Shown: one piece after another, positions 30,053 through 39,253 of the stretch | Layout of the letters: each line of letters starts with the position of its first letter | Numbering within the stretch: position 1 is the first letter of the stretch | Origin: an uncultured bacterium | GTDB lineage: Bacteria; Patescibacteriota; Minisyncoccia; Phycocordibacterales; GWA1-40-21 | Reading direction: 5' to 3' | Assembly (NCBI GenBank): GCA_963804975.1 | Contig: CAWDSG010000002.1 | Span: forward strand, 133,288 to 197,287 | Length of the DNA: 64,000 bases | The notes under the pieces: model-generated | Told to the model about the DNA's origin: nothing | Databases searched by the model: none | Seen by the model: only the letters and a program-made list of their open reading frames with translations | Made by a program: the position numbers and the translations under genes

Positions 30053-30532
30053 ATGGAAAATTTTGAAAGTCCAAATATAGAAGTTCCTATCCGATTGAAG
30101 AGAGAGAACAAATGGGAAGATTTGAATGCACTGAATCCAGAAGAAGTTACTGATGCCGAATTCAGAGAATGGTACAAAGGTTTTATAAAATCAAGGCTCA
30201 ATGTAATGCCGAATCCCGAACTGGATGTTACAGATGTCAGTACCTTATCAGCAAGACAAGAACTTCTTAATTTTTTATCGAAAGGAACATCAAAAGAAAA
30301 AAAATTTGAAAGGATAATAAAAGTTGGGGACCAAGCAGCTTTTGAAGTATATGTTGAGGGAGTTCTCACTGCGCTTAAAGCGGTAAACGAGACGTCTCTT
30401 ATGAGATTACGAGTAAGAATGGAACAGGCTGGCAAAACACCAGATGAAATTAATGAAGAACTTTTCAAAATTAAATTAATGGCTTTAAATCTAAAGAATA
30501 TTCTAAACGATACAACGCAATCCACTGGTTAG
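30053..30532 (+). CDS. hypothetical protein (all-alpha, acidic), inside the segment bracketed by 5S 3'-end repeats
   Basis: 159-aa ORF; no recognisable motif. Confidence 0.45.
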   Translation: MENFESPNIEVPIRLKRENKWEDLNALNPEEVTDAEFREWYKGFIKSRLNVMPNPELDVTDVSTLSARQELLNFLSKGTSKEKKFERIIKVGDQAAFEVYVEGVLTALKAVNETSLMRLRVRMEQAGKTPDEINEELFKIKLMALNLKNILNDTTQSTG

Positions 30533-30686
30533 TTTTTCAATAAGGAAAGTAGCTAACCGTCGGAACTAGATACTCAATCAAATCTCACAAAATAGCATTA
30601 AAAGATGCTATTTTTTGTTTAGTTATATGGGCATTTCTTATAATAAAAAGCACAGTATTGCTACCGTGCTTTTGGTTTGGCTCGAG

Positions 30687-30785
30687 TTAACTTTCGAAAG
30701 AAACCTCCATCATCAACTCTTCAATAGAGAAATCTTCCTCAGTCACTTCAAGCTTTTTCTCAGGTTTTGTGGCATGTATTGCCAT
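30687..30785 (-). CDS. small acidic ORF (32 aa) with strong Shine-Dalgarno GGAGGTG
   Basis: rc gives GGAGGTGAAATATGGCAATACATGCC...; MAIHATKPEKKLEVTEEDFSIEELMMEVSFES. Confidence 0.25.
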   Translation of the reverse strand: MAIHATKPEKKLEVTEEDFSIEELMMEVSFES

Positions 30786-30910
30786 ATTTCACCTCCAGAG
30801 AATGAGCTAAGTTTATTATATCATTTTTACAAATTTAGTAAAAATGTTATTCATATCTGTTTAGATTACTTCTTTATACTTTATACAAAATACTATATAC
30901 TTATTGCAAT

Positions 30911-31672
30911 ATGTCTTGGGCACAGCGAAGAAAAGCAACATATACTCTGTCTTTCATATCAATTGTAATAATAATTCTGATTATTATATTTTTTTCCGTT
31001 TTTTATAAAAAGCCGACTTGCTTTGACGGAATACAAAACGAAGGCGAGCAAGGGATAGATTGTGGCGGTCCGTGTACGAAACTCTGCAGGGCAAATTATG
31101 TAAACCCGACTGTCTTGTGGATCAGGTGGGCAAAGGTTTTGAGTTCCGGCGCTTACAATATTTTGGCATACGCGGAAAATCCGAACATCGGCGTCGGCGC
31201 GTCGAATGTTCCTTATGAGTTTAAAATATATGATAAAAACAGTATTTTGCTTTATGATGGAAAAGGCTTCGCTTCCATACCGGCAAACAATGATTTTGTC
31301 GCATTTGTAAGCGGCATCAATATTCATGACAAAATTCCCACCCGAATTGATTTTGAATTTACAGGGGCTTTCAATTGGAAAAAAATTCCCAATGTGGAGA
31401 AAGATATTGTCGTATCGTCAAAAAATCTGATAAACGAAGATACGGCGCCGAAATTGTTCGCAACACTGCAAAACGGCACTTTGAATCAAGTGGACAATAT
31501 AGAGTCCGTGGCGATTCTTTACGATCAAAACGCAAACGCAATCGCTTTTTCTAAAACAGTCACGGATTCAATCGCTCCCGGCGCCTCTGCCGATATCGTC
31601 TTTACTTGGCCCGAGCCGTTCGGAAGCCAGGTGTATAAAATAGATATTATTTCTCAGGTTTTGCAACAATAA
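30911..31672 (+). CDS. hypothetical membrane-anchored (N-terminal TM) extracytoplasmic protein
   Basis: TM helix LSFISIVIIILIIIFFSVF, then a Cys-containing soluble domain. Confidence 0.55.
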   Translation: MSWAQRRKATYTLSFISIVIIILIIIFFSVFYKKPTCFDGIQNEGEQGIDCGGPCTKLCRANYVNPTVLWIRWAKVLSSGAYNILAYAENPNIGVGASNVPYEFKIYDKNSILLYDGKGFASIPANNDFVAFVSGINIHDKIPTRIDFEFTGAFNWKKIPNVEKDIVVSSKNLINEDTAPKLFATLQNGTLNQVDNIESVAILYDQNANAIAFSKTVTDSIAPGASADIVFTWPEPFGSQVYKIDIISQVLQQ

Positions 31673-31673
31673 C

Positions 31674-32834
31674 ATGCCACCTGCCAAAAGAAATGAAAAT
31701 TCATCAGGCCTGTTCTCGATATTTTCCGGCATCAATGTGGATTGGATAATGTTCGGTTCCGTTCTCGTGATTTCATTTCTCGGGCTTTTGACCATGGCCT
31801 CATTTTCCGGGGATGACACGTCTCTCATCAAGCAGATTTCATGGCTTTTGATATCCGTTTTTGTTTTTTTATTTTTAAGCACCCTTGATTACGGTTTTTT
31901 GAAAAAAACAAAAGTGGTTGCCTGGATTTTTGTCATCTCTATTTTTCTCTTATCCACGCTTTTTATTGTTGGCCATATCGCACAAGGAGCGCAAAAATGG
32001 TTCGCAATCGGCGGGCTTTCATTCCAGCCGTCCGACCCGATAAAGCTTGGGCTCATCATCCTGCTTGCGAAATATTTTTCAAGAAGGCATGTGGAAATCG
32101 CAAATATACGGCATATTCTGGTTTCCGGTTTTTATGCGTTTGTAATATTTACTCTTATTTTTTTCCAGCCGGATTTCGGCTCTGCGCTCATAGTGTTTTT
32201 TATCTGGCTTGGCATGATTTTGGTGTCAGGTGTCTCAAAAAAACATCTTCTTGCGGTATTTCTTCTCGGTCTTGCCGTCTTTTCAGGGCTTTGGTTTTAT
32301 GGATTGAAAGATTACCAGAAACAGCGGGTGATAAATTTTATACATCCGCTTGCCAATGTGCAGGGCTCCGGCTACAACGCCTATCAATCGACAATCGCAA
32401 TCGGTTCGGGAGAGATTTTAGGCAAAGGAATCGGCTATGGAACCCAATCTCGCCTGAAATTTTTGCCTGAGTACAAGACAGATTTCATATTTGCGGCTTA
32501 TGCAGAGGAGTGGGGGCTTGTCGGGGTTTTTATATTGTTTTTATTTTTCGGAATATTCATATGGAGAATCATATATAACGCGTATCTCGGCGCGACAAAT
32601 TTTGAGATTTTCTTCGGCCTCGGGCTTGCCATTATGTTCATAAGTCATTTTATCGTCAATGTCGGAATGTGCCTCGGACTTATGCCGGTAACAGGCATTA
32701 ATTTCCCGTTTATGAGCTATGGAGGCACAAATCTTCTGTCATCATTTGTCGGTTTGGGAATATTGATGGGTATGGGAAAATACAAGCGAAGCGCCCACAA
32801 AGACGCCACAAAAAACGAGTTTTTGGGGCTTTAA
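31674..32834 (+). CDS. SEDS-family peptidoglycan glycosyltransferase FtsW/RodA
   Basis: Multi-TM. ...FQPSDPIKLGLIILLAKYF..., ...GSGYNAYQSTIAIGSGEILGKGIGYGTQSRLKFLPEYKTDFIFAAYAEEWGLVG... Confidence 0.85.
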   Translation: MPPAKRNENSSGLFSIFSGINVDWIMFGSVLVISFLGLLTMASFSGDDTSLIKQISWLLISVFVFLFLSTLDYGFLKKTKVVAWIFVISIFLLSTLFIVGHIAQGAQKWFAIGGLSFQPSDPIKLGLIILLAKYFSRRHVEIANIRHILVSGFYAFVIFTLIFFQPDFGSALIVFFIWLGMILVSGVSKKHLLAVFLLGLAVFSGLWFYGLKDYQKQRVINFIHPLANVQGSGYNAYQSTIAIGSGEILGKGIGYGTQSRLKFLPEYKTDFIFAAYAEEWGLVGVFILFLFFGIFIWRIIYNAYLGATNFEIFFGLGLAIMFISHFIVNVGMCLGLMPVTGINFPFMSYGGTNLLSSFVGLGILMGMGKYKRSAHKDATKNEFLGL

Positions 32835-32858
32835 AATTAATTATCAATTAAAAGCCAA

Positions 32859-33311
32859 TTACGGCGTTATATCATAACAGAGATCAGGAATTGTCGCTGC
32901 CGTTGCACAATCAGTGCTTGAACCGACCAAACTGCCGGTAGTTATGTCTTTATCAAAAGAAAGAGCGCTATTATCGCTTCTGGCCAGTACGATGCCTAAA
33001 TGATATGAGGGGCAATTTGATGCGCAAACAGTATTATTCATATTTGTACTCTGGTATTTAATAGTCGGATCTATTGAACCGATGTATTTCGGCACAAGAA
33101 TGCTGAGGTTGGTTCCTGTAGGATAATATCCATAATCTGTGACATACAGTTGCAAAGCTTTTTGGATTTGCTGAACTGCCTGTACTTTTGCGGTATCGCT
33201 GCCTTTTTGTTTTGGCGCAGTCATCATGAAAAGCACTATTGAGGTAAGCACAGCGATAATCCCTATTACAACTATAAGTTCTATCAATGTGAAACCTTGT
33301 TTGTTTTTCAT
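32859..33311 (-). CDS. type IV pilin / pseudopilin (prepilin-type N-terminal cleavage-methylation domain)
   Basis: MKNKQGFTLIELIVVIGIIAVLTSIV (class III signal G|FTLIELIVV). Confidence 0.8.
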   Translation of the reverse strand: MKNKQGFTLIELIVVIGIIAVLTSIVLFMMTAPKQKGSDTAKVQAVQQIQKALQLYVTDYGYYPTGTNLSILVPKYIGSIDPTIKYQSTNMNNTVCASNCPSYHLGIVLARSDNSALSFDKDITTGSLVGSSTDCATAATIPDLCYDITP

Positions 33312-33352
33312 TTTATTGGTTATTATTTTCTAATTAATCTCCTAATATTCTA

Positions 33353-34522
33353 TCATATTTTATAAAGTGCGACAGTCTTTTTCACCATATTTTGAAGATT
33401 AAATTCCTTGTTTATTTTTTTCTTGAGTTTTTGGCCAAAAACACCTGCTTTTCGATGGTTTTCCAGTACATATTCTATCGCTCTTTTTATTTCTTCGGAA
33501 CTTTTTGGCCGTATCAATATTCCGCTTACTCCATTTTCTATAATTTCCGGTATGCCACCAACATTGCTTGCAATAACCGGCAATCCAGCCGCTCCTGCTT
33601 CAAGAAGGGCATAAGGAAGCCCTTCGGTAAAGGATGTCAATGTTAGAATATCAAAAGCTCTGAGATACGACGATGCAGATTCAATTTTTCCTGCTAAAAA
33701 TATTTTATTTGAAATCTTTAAGCAATTTATCAATTCTTCAAAGTTTTTTCTTTCCTCACCTTCTCCGATAATGATAAAAATAACATTTTTTATTTTGGAA
33801 ACGGCTTCAATCGCATAATTCAGACCCTTTGTCTTGTGAAGCTCTGAAATCGTGCCTATCCAGACGGGATTTTTTGAAAGAATTTTCATAGCACCAGGAT
33901 TTTTTTCTGTGATTTTTGCCGACAATATTTCTTTGGCTGATGCTTTATCCTTGAAATCAATCGCTTTCAAACCGTTCCGTATCACGGTCATTTTTTTATT
34001 CCATGGCTTGCCGATCTGATCTTTGGTAATTTGCGATACCGCTATCGAATTATGGCTAAGCATGATTGTAAGAACATGAAGTATTCTGAAAAATAATTTT
34101 TGCAGCCACGGTCTGTTCTCATTGAAAGCCCACCCATGTCCGGTAAAAATTATTTTTTTAATTCCGGCAATCCTGCCTGCAAGCGCGCCAACAAAACCCA
34201 TCTTTGAACTGTTGACGTGTATGATCTCAGGTTTTTCTTTTTTGAATATTTTTATCAGTTCAAACAGAAGGCCGAATTCTTTCAAAATATTTATGTCCCG
34301 CTCGGAATTTTTCAGGGGAATTGTTTTAACTCCGGCTTCATCAAGCTGTCTTTTAAGCTCGCCTGCCTGGCCGGTAGGCAGGCCATTTCCGCCAAGAAGA
34401 ACCGAAACATCAAAATCATTTTTGGGAATGTTGGTGGCAAGGTCATACACGTATTTTTGGGCTCCGCCCCAAGGTTCCGATTTGGTTATGCAGATGAATA
34501 TCTTTTTATTTTGTCCAGTCAT
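33353..34522 (-). CDS. glycosyltransferase family 4 (GT-B, Glycos_transf_1)
   Basis: ...LTSFTEGLPYALLEAGAAGLPVIASNVGGIPEIIENGVSGILI... Confidence 0.8.
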   Translation of the reverse strand: MTGQNKKIFICITKSEPWGGAQKYVYDLATNIPKNDFDVSVLLGGNGLPTGQAGELKRQLDEAGVKTIPLKNSERDINILKEFGLLFELIKIFKKEKPEIIHVNSSKMGFVGALAGRIAGIKKIIFTGHGWAFNENRPWLQKLFFRILHVLTIMLSHNSIAVSQITKDQIGKPWNKKMTVIRNGLKAIDFKDKASAKEILSAKITEKNPGAMKILSKNPVWIGTISELHKTKGLNYAIEAVSKIKNVIFIIIGEGEERKNFEELINCLKISNKIFLAGKIESASSYLRAFDILTLTSFTEGLPYALLEAGAAGLPVIASNVGGIPEIIENGVSGILIRPKSSEEIKRAIEYVLENHRKAGVFGQKLKKKINKEFNLQNMVKKTVALYKI

Positions 34523-34575
34523 ATACTTTTATTATATAGAAAAAGTGTTATAATTTCTATCACTTTTTCAAAATT

Positions 34576-35928
34576 ATGGCTATATCTAACAAAAAAGAGC
34601 CCATTCTGCTGTTTATCGGCGATATTTTGATATTTGCCCTGTCTTTGATGATTTCTCTTCTTTTGAGGGGAACTGACGGCAATTTCTGGGCCACATATGC
34701 CATACACATCGTGCCCTTTTCCATCATATTTATTGCATGGATACTCGTGTTTTTTATCGCCGGACTTTATGACAAATACACGACGATTCTGAAAGAAAAA
34801 ATTTCTTCCACCATATTTTATGCTCAGTTTACAAACAGCGCCATTGCTGTCACATTTTTTTATCTGATTCCATATTTTGGCATTACTCCAAAAACAGTTC
34901 TTTTTATTGATCTTGTAATTTCTTTAATTCTTATATACGGATGGAGAATTTACAGTCATCGGCTTTTTGGCCTTAAGAGAAAAGAGCCGGCAATCATTGT
35001 CGGCAGCGGGGAAGATATGAAGACGCTTGAAAAAGAGGTTAATGAAAATCCGCGTTCTGAATTGGAGTTTGTTTCATCCATAGATTTGGACAAAGTAAAA
35101 GGCATTGATTTTGTGGACGAGATTGCAGACAGAGTTTACGCGGAGCGTATCGGAATAATCGTTGTTGACTTGAAAGACGAAAGAGTGGAGCCGATTCTGC
35201 CGCATTTGTACAATCTGATTTTTTCCGGAGTGAGATTCATAGATATGTATAAAGTTTATGAAGATGTTTTTGACAGGGAGCCGCTGTCGCTTGTAAGATA
35301 CAATTGGTTTTTGGAAAATCTTTCGTTTTCGCCGAAATTCACCTATGATGCGCTTAAGCGGTTTGCAGATATTATTTTTGGAATTATCGGAGGAATCATT
35401 TCTTTAATTTTTTATCCTTTGGTCATGGTTCTTCTTTTGTGCGATGAAGGGCACGGATTTTTCAGTATACAGGAGAGAATCGGTAAAGATAACAAACCGA
35501 TAAAAATGTACAAATTCCGCACTATGAAGATCGCCAACGATGCCGGCAAATGGAATACCGGAGAGAAAAATTACGTTACAAAAATCGGCGCATTTTTGAG
35601 AAAAACCCGCCTGGATGAATTGCCGCAGTTTTGGAATGTGATTCTTGGCGATGTGTCTTTAATCGGTCCTCGTCCGGAATTTCCCGATGCGGTCAAAACC
35701 TATGAAAAAGAAATTCCTTATTACGATATCCGCTATCTGATCAAGCCGGGGCTTTCCGGCTGGGCGCAGATCTATCATGACAATCATCCTCATCATGGCA
35801 TCGGCATTGCAGAAACAAAAGAGAAATTGTCGTATGATCTCTACTATATAAAAAATCGCTCATTTATGCTTGATATGCAGATCGGCCTCAAAACAATCAA
35901 AAAATTATTGTCTATTGCTGGGAAATAA
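34576..35928 (+). CDS. polyprenyl-phosphate sugar phosphotransferase (bacterial sugar transferase, WbaP/CpsE-like)
   Basis: C-terminal ...KMYKFRTMKIANDAG...LDELPQFWNVILGDVSLIGPRPEFPD... Confidence 0.85.
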   Translation: MAISNKKEPILLFIGDILIFALSLMISLLLRGTDGNFWATYAIHIVPFSIIFIAWILVFFIAGLYDKYTTILKEKISSTIFYAQFTNSAIAVTFFYLIPYFGITPKTVLFIDLVISLILIYGWRIYSHRLFGLKRKEPAIIVGSGEDMKTLEKEVNENPRSELEFVSSIDLDKVKGIDFVDEIADRVYAERIGIIVVDLKDERVEPILPHLYNLIFSGVRFIDMYKVYEDVFDREPLSLVRYNWFLENLSFSPKFTYDALKRFADIIFGIIGGIISLIFYPLVMVLLLCDEGHGFFSIQERIGKDNKPIKMYKFRTMKIANDAGKWNTGEKNYVTKIGAFLRKTRLDELPQFWNVILGDVSLIGPRPEFPDAVKTYEKEIPYYDIRYLIKPGLSGWAQIYHDNHPHHGIGIAETKEKLSYDLYYIKNRSFMLDMQIGLKTIKKLLSIAGK

Positions 35929-35978
35929 CGCCTGAAAGAACTGTTGCAAAATGATTAAAAATAGCTATACTACTTACC

Positions 35979-37364
35979 ATGATTAAAAGAAGGTTCTGGG
36001 CTGTGGTGCTTATAATTATCTCATTTTTTGTGGGATATTTTGTTTATTCCAGCCAAAAAAACCCAGCTTCAAATTTCAGATTCAAACTCGGCCTTGACTT
36101 GAACGGCGGGACGGAGCTTGTCTACAAACCTGATTTGTCTAAAGCTTCCTCAACTATTTCTGATGTCCAAAGTTCCATGAATGTCCTTCGAGACGTGATT
36201 GAAAGAAGGGTAAATATTTTCGGGGTTTCCGAGCCGGTTGTCCGCGTTGAGCAAGTCGGTTTTACCGGCTCAAACAATAATGAACAACTGACAGTTGACC
36301 TTCCGGGGATTACCAATATTGATCAGGCGGTTGCTATGATCGGAGCTACGCCAACTTTGGATTTCAGATTGCTTTCTACGAGTTCGGAAAAACTGACAGG
36401 CGATGAGCTTAATGCAAAAATCGCATCAAGCGGAATGAGCAGTGTTTTTGAAGTAACCGGTTTGACCGGAGAATATCTCAAAACTTCATCGCTCCAATTC
36501 GACCAGACATCAGGCGAGCCGATGGTTTCTCTCCAATTCAATTCCAAAGGGAGCGATTTATTCGCGAGCATTACAAAAAACAATATCGGCAGAAAACTTG
36601 CAATTTTTCTTGATGGGCAATTAGAATCCATGCCGAACATCAAAGAGGAAATTGACGGTGGAAATGCAGTCATCTCCGGCGGATTTACCGGAAGCGCTGG
36701 TATAAAAGAAGCAAGAAAGCTTGTTGACGATTTGAATCTCGGCGCTCTGCCTATTCCGATACAGCTTATTTCAACGCAGACAATCGGCGCATCGCTCGGC
36801 CATGACGCGGTGCAGGCCTCCACAAAAGCCGGCATAATCGCATTTATTGTCATTGCGCTTTTCTTGATTTTGGTTTACAGATTGCCTGGTTTGCTTGCGG
36901 TTATTGCGCTTTGTATTTATACAGCTCTTACTTTGGCGATTTTTAAAATCATTCCTGTCACGCTTACGGCCGCCGGCATCGCCGCATTCATACTTAGCGT
37001 CGGTATGGCGGTGGATGCGAACATTCTTATTTTTGAACGTATGAAAGAAGAATTCAGAAGGGGAAGGGAAATCGGCGACGCGGTTTCGGAAGGTTTCCAC
37101 CGGGCGTGGACTTCAATCCGCGACTCAAACACTTCAAGTATGATTACCGCCGTTATTCTTTATATGTTCTCATCCACATCGGTCGTCAAAGGTTTTGCGC
37201 TCGTCTTTTTCATCGGTGTTGCGGTTTCAATGTTCACAGCCATCACCGCTTCGCGAACTTTGCTTTTGGCCATAAAGCACGACCATGCTGGAGGATTTCT
37301 TAAATGGCTTTTTGGCGGACAGATTAAAAATCCGGAAAATACGGAATTAAAATCAAACAAATAA
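35979..37364 (+). CDS. secD: protein translocase subunit SecD
   Basis: LGLDLNGGTELVYKPD...; C-terminal 6-TM; followed by secF. Confidence 0.88.
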   Translation: MIKRRFWAVVLIIISFFVGYFVYSSQKNPASNFRFKLGLDLNGGTELVYKPDLSKASSTISDVQSSMNVLRDVIERRVNIFGVSEPVVRVEQVGFTGSNNNEQLTVDLPGITNIDQAVAMIGATPTLDFRLLSTSSEKLTGDELNAKIASSGMSSVFEVTGLTGEYLKTSSLQFDQTSGEPMVSLQFNSKGSDLFASITKNNIGRKLAIFLDGQLESMPNIKEEIDGGNAVISGGFTGSAGIKEARKLVDDLNLGALPIPIQLISTQTIGASLGHDAVQASTKAGIIAFIVIALFLILVYRLPGLLAVIALCIYTALTLAIFKIIPVTLTAAGIAAFILSVGMAVDANILIFERMKEEFRRGREIGDAVSEGFHRAWTSIRDSNTSSMITAVILYMFSSTSVVKGFALVFFIGVAVSMFTAITASRTLLLAIKHDHAGGFLKWLFGGQIKNPENTELKSNK

Positions 37365-37365
37365 T

Positions 37366-38316
37366 ATGTTTATCGTAAAAAACAGAAAAATATTTTATAC
37401 ATTCTCAATCTTGCTTGTCGCCGCGTCAATCGCAGCGCTTTGCATCTGGGGCCTTTCTTACAGCATAGATTTTACGGGCGGTTCATCGGTGCAATTCCAA
37501 TATAAAAATGTCAGGCCGGATATAAGCGTGGTGAAATCTGAAATTGATTCGCTCACATTTGATCCGACCATCAAAGGCACGTATTCTCTCATTCCAAACG
37601 GCACCAATAGCTATGTACTAAATCTGAGGACGATTACGGATTCGGAGCGCTCTTTGCTCACAGGAGTCCTTTCTTCAGACGCATCAAACACGCCTCAAAT
37701 ATCGCAATTCAGCTCCATCGGTCCTGTTCTCGGCCAGCAAGCCGCTTCAAAATCTATAATGGCGATTATTTTGGTGATTATCTGCATCGTGCTTTTCATA
37801 ACATTCGCTTTCAGAAAAGTTTCGGAACCGGTCTCTTCGTGGAAATACGGCATTGTCTCAATCATCGCGCTCTGCCACGATATGATTATTCCGACAGGCG
37901 TATTCATCGTCCTCAATCATTTCTTCCATGGATATGAGATTGATACGCTTTTTGTGACCGCAATCCTCGTCATTCTCGGATTTTCAATCCACGACACAAT
38001 CGTCGTTTTTGACAGAGTCAGGGAAAATCTCCGCGTCAATTCGGGAAATAAAATTAAGAAAACATTTGAAGAAACTGTCGGCGCCTCCATTTCGCAGACA
38101 TTCATAAGGTCCATCAACACATCTCTTACCACGCTTCTCGCCATTCTTGTCGTCTATCTTGCCGGCCCTGTCGCCACCAAGCATTTCGCCCTCGCCCTTC
38201 TTGTCGGTATTTTCTTCGGAACGTATTCGTCAATATTCATCGGCTCAAACTTGCTCGTCACCCTTGAAAAAGCGCAGCAAAAAAAACTTGAAGCCAAAAA
38301 AGCAGGGAAGAAATAA
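37366..38316 (+). CDS. secF: protein translocase subunit SecF
   Basis: SIDFTGGSSVQFQY...; 6 TM; 2-bp gap after secD. Confidence 0.88.
   Translation: MFIVKNRKIFYTFSILLVAASIAALCIWGLSYSIDFTGGSSVQFQYKNVRPDISVVKSEIDSLTFDPTIKGTYSLIPNGTNSYVLNLRTITDSERSLLTGVLSSDASNTPQISQFSSIGPVLGQQAASKSIMAIILVIICIVLFITFAFRKVSEPVSSWKYGIVSIIALCHDMIIPTGVFIVLNHFFHGYEIDTLFVTAILVILGFSIHDTIVVFDRVRENLRVNSGNKIKKTFEETVGASISQTFIRSINTSLTTLLAILVVYLAGPVATKHFALALLVGIFFGTYSSIFIGSNLLVTLEKAQQKKLEAKKAGKK
38281..38316 (+). repeat. 36-bp direct repeat copy 1 (3' end of secF)
   Basis: AAAAAACTTGAAGCCAAAAAAGCAGGGAAGAAATAA. Identical copy at 39215-39250. Confidence 0.9.
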
Positions 38317-38332
38317 TTATCCACCTAACCAT

Positions 38333-38361
38333 TTGACTTATGTATATACAAAGTATATACT
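38333..38361 (+). promoter_or_regulatory. promoter TTGACT-17-TATACT with tandem palindromic GTATATAC boxes (putative MazE operator)
   Basis: ttgacttatgtatatacaaagtatatact. Confidence 0.5.
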
Positions 38362-38367
38362 TTTATT

Positions 38368-38631
38368 ATGACAACAAAAATACAAAGATGGGGAAATAGT
38401 TTTGGCATCCGCTTGCCAAAAGCGGTATTTGAATCAGGACAATTTTCCGAAGGCATGCTTGTGGACTTGAACCAAAAAGGTCCGGAAATTATCTTGCGCG
38501 CAGTAAAACCAAAAAAAGCGGCGAAATCGAAATACCCATCCCTTAAAGAAATTATGAAAGGCATTGATGCTTCCGTTTTTCATCCAGAGACTGATTGGGG
38601 ACCGGACGTCGGTAAAGAAATACTAGAATGA
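38368..38631 (+). CDS. mazE: MazE/AbrB/SpoVT-family antitoxin
   Basis: MTTKIQRWGNSFGIRLPKAVFE...; 4-nt overlap (ATGA) with the toxin gene. Confidence 0.8.
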   Translation: MTTKIQRWGNSFGIRLPKAVFESGQFSEGMLVDLNQKGPEIILRAVKPKKAAKSKYPSLKEIMKGIDASVFHPETDWGPDVGKEILE

Positions 38632-38963
38632 ATATAAATCCGCCGAAACGAGGTGATATTTTTGTGTGCGATTTTTCTCCTACCATGGGACATGAGCAAA
38701 GCGGAATAAGACCAGCTATTGTTTTGTCTGATTCTGATTTTAATGCAAAAACTGATCTGATTCTTGCTTGCCCGATTACCACTAGCGAACGCGGATATTT
38801 TTTTGAAGTAAAAGTGAAGACAGAAAAAACAAAAGGTGTTATTTTGACTCATCATATACGAACGATTGATTTTGTGGCGAGGCACGGTAAAGTAGTCGAT
38901 AAGGTAGATAAAAAAACGCTGAAAGAAGTGATAGAGAAAATTAAAGTTTTGATTGAGAGATAA
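38628..38963 (+). CDS. mazF: MazF/PemK-family endoribonuclease toxin
   Basis: RGDIFVCDFSPTMGHEQSGIRPAIVLSDSDFN...LACPITT. Confidence 0.8.
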   Translation: MNINPPKRGDIFVCDFSPTMGHEQSGIRPAIVLSDSDFNAKTDLILACPITTSERGYFFEVKVKTEKTKGVILTHHIRTIDFVARHGKVVDKVDKKTLKEVIEKIKVLIER

Positions 38964-38964
38964 T

Positions 38965-39216
38965 ATGAAAATAGATTACGACAAAATCGCCGATGCTATG
39001 TATATATACTTGGCAAAAGGCGCAATGTGAGGTAAAATTAAAAAGACCATCGAGGTCGGCAATTGTTTGCTTGTTGATGTGGATAAAGACGGAAATATAC
39101 TCGGTATTGAGATACTTTTTGTTTCTTCGTGGCTCAACACGAAAAATATTGAAAAAGATTTCAAAAAAGGTTTGCTTCCCGTCAGCATCATTTCCAAATT
39201 GCCAGCGATGGCGTAA
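38965..39216 (+). pseudogene. DUF2283-family small protein gene interrupted by an in-frame TGA (39028-39030)
   Basis: MKIDYDKIADAMYIYLAKGAM*GKIKKTIEVGNCLLVDVDKDGNILGIEILFVSS... (DUF2283-like MKIxYDxxxDxLYIxL...DxDxxGNIVGIEIL). Confidence 0.55.
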
Positions 39217-39250
39217 AAAACTTGAAGCCAAAAAAGCAGGGAAGAAATAA
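39215..39250 (+). repeat. 36-bp direct repeat copy 2
   Basis: AAAAAACTTGAAGCCAAAAAAGCAGGGAAGAAATAA, followed by AAT-ATG of the next gene. Confidence 0.9.
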
Positions 39251-39253
39251 AAT

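Noticed and set aside
38965-39216. Possibility that the in-frame TGA means an alternative genetic code (UGA=Gly/Trp, as in some CPR lineages)
   Set aside because: TGA clearly terminates conserved genes in this window (rpsC at 10387-10389, tnpA at 7025-7027), giving products of canonical length. A lineage-wide recoding is therefore unlikely.
38993-39250. 85-aa ORF ending in …KKLEAKKAGKK like SecF
   Set aside because: It is an out-of-frame read across the DUF2283 pseudogene. It merely runs into the duplicated secF 3' end (36-bp repeat). The DUF2283 frame is the meaningful one.
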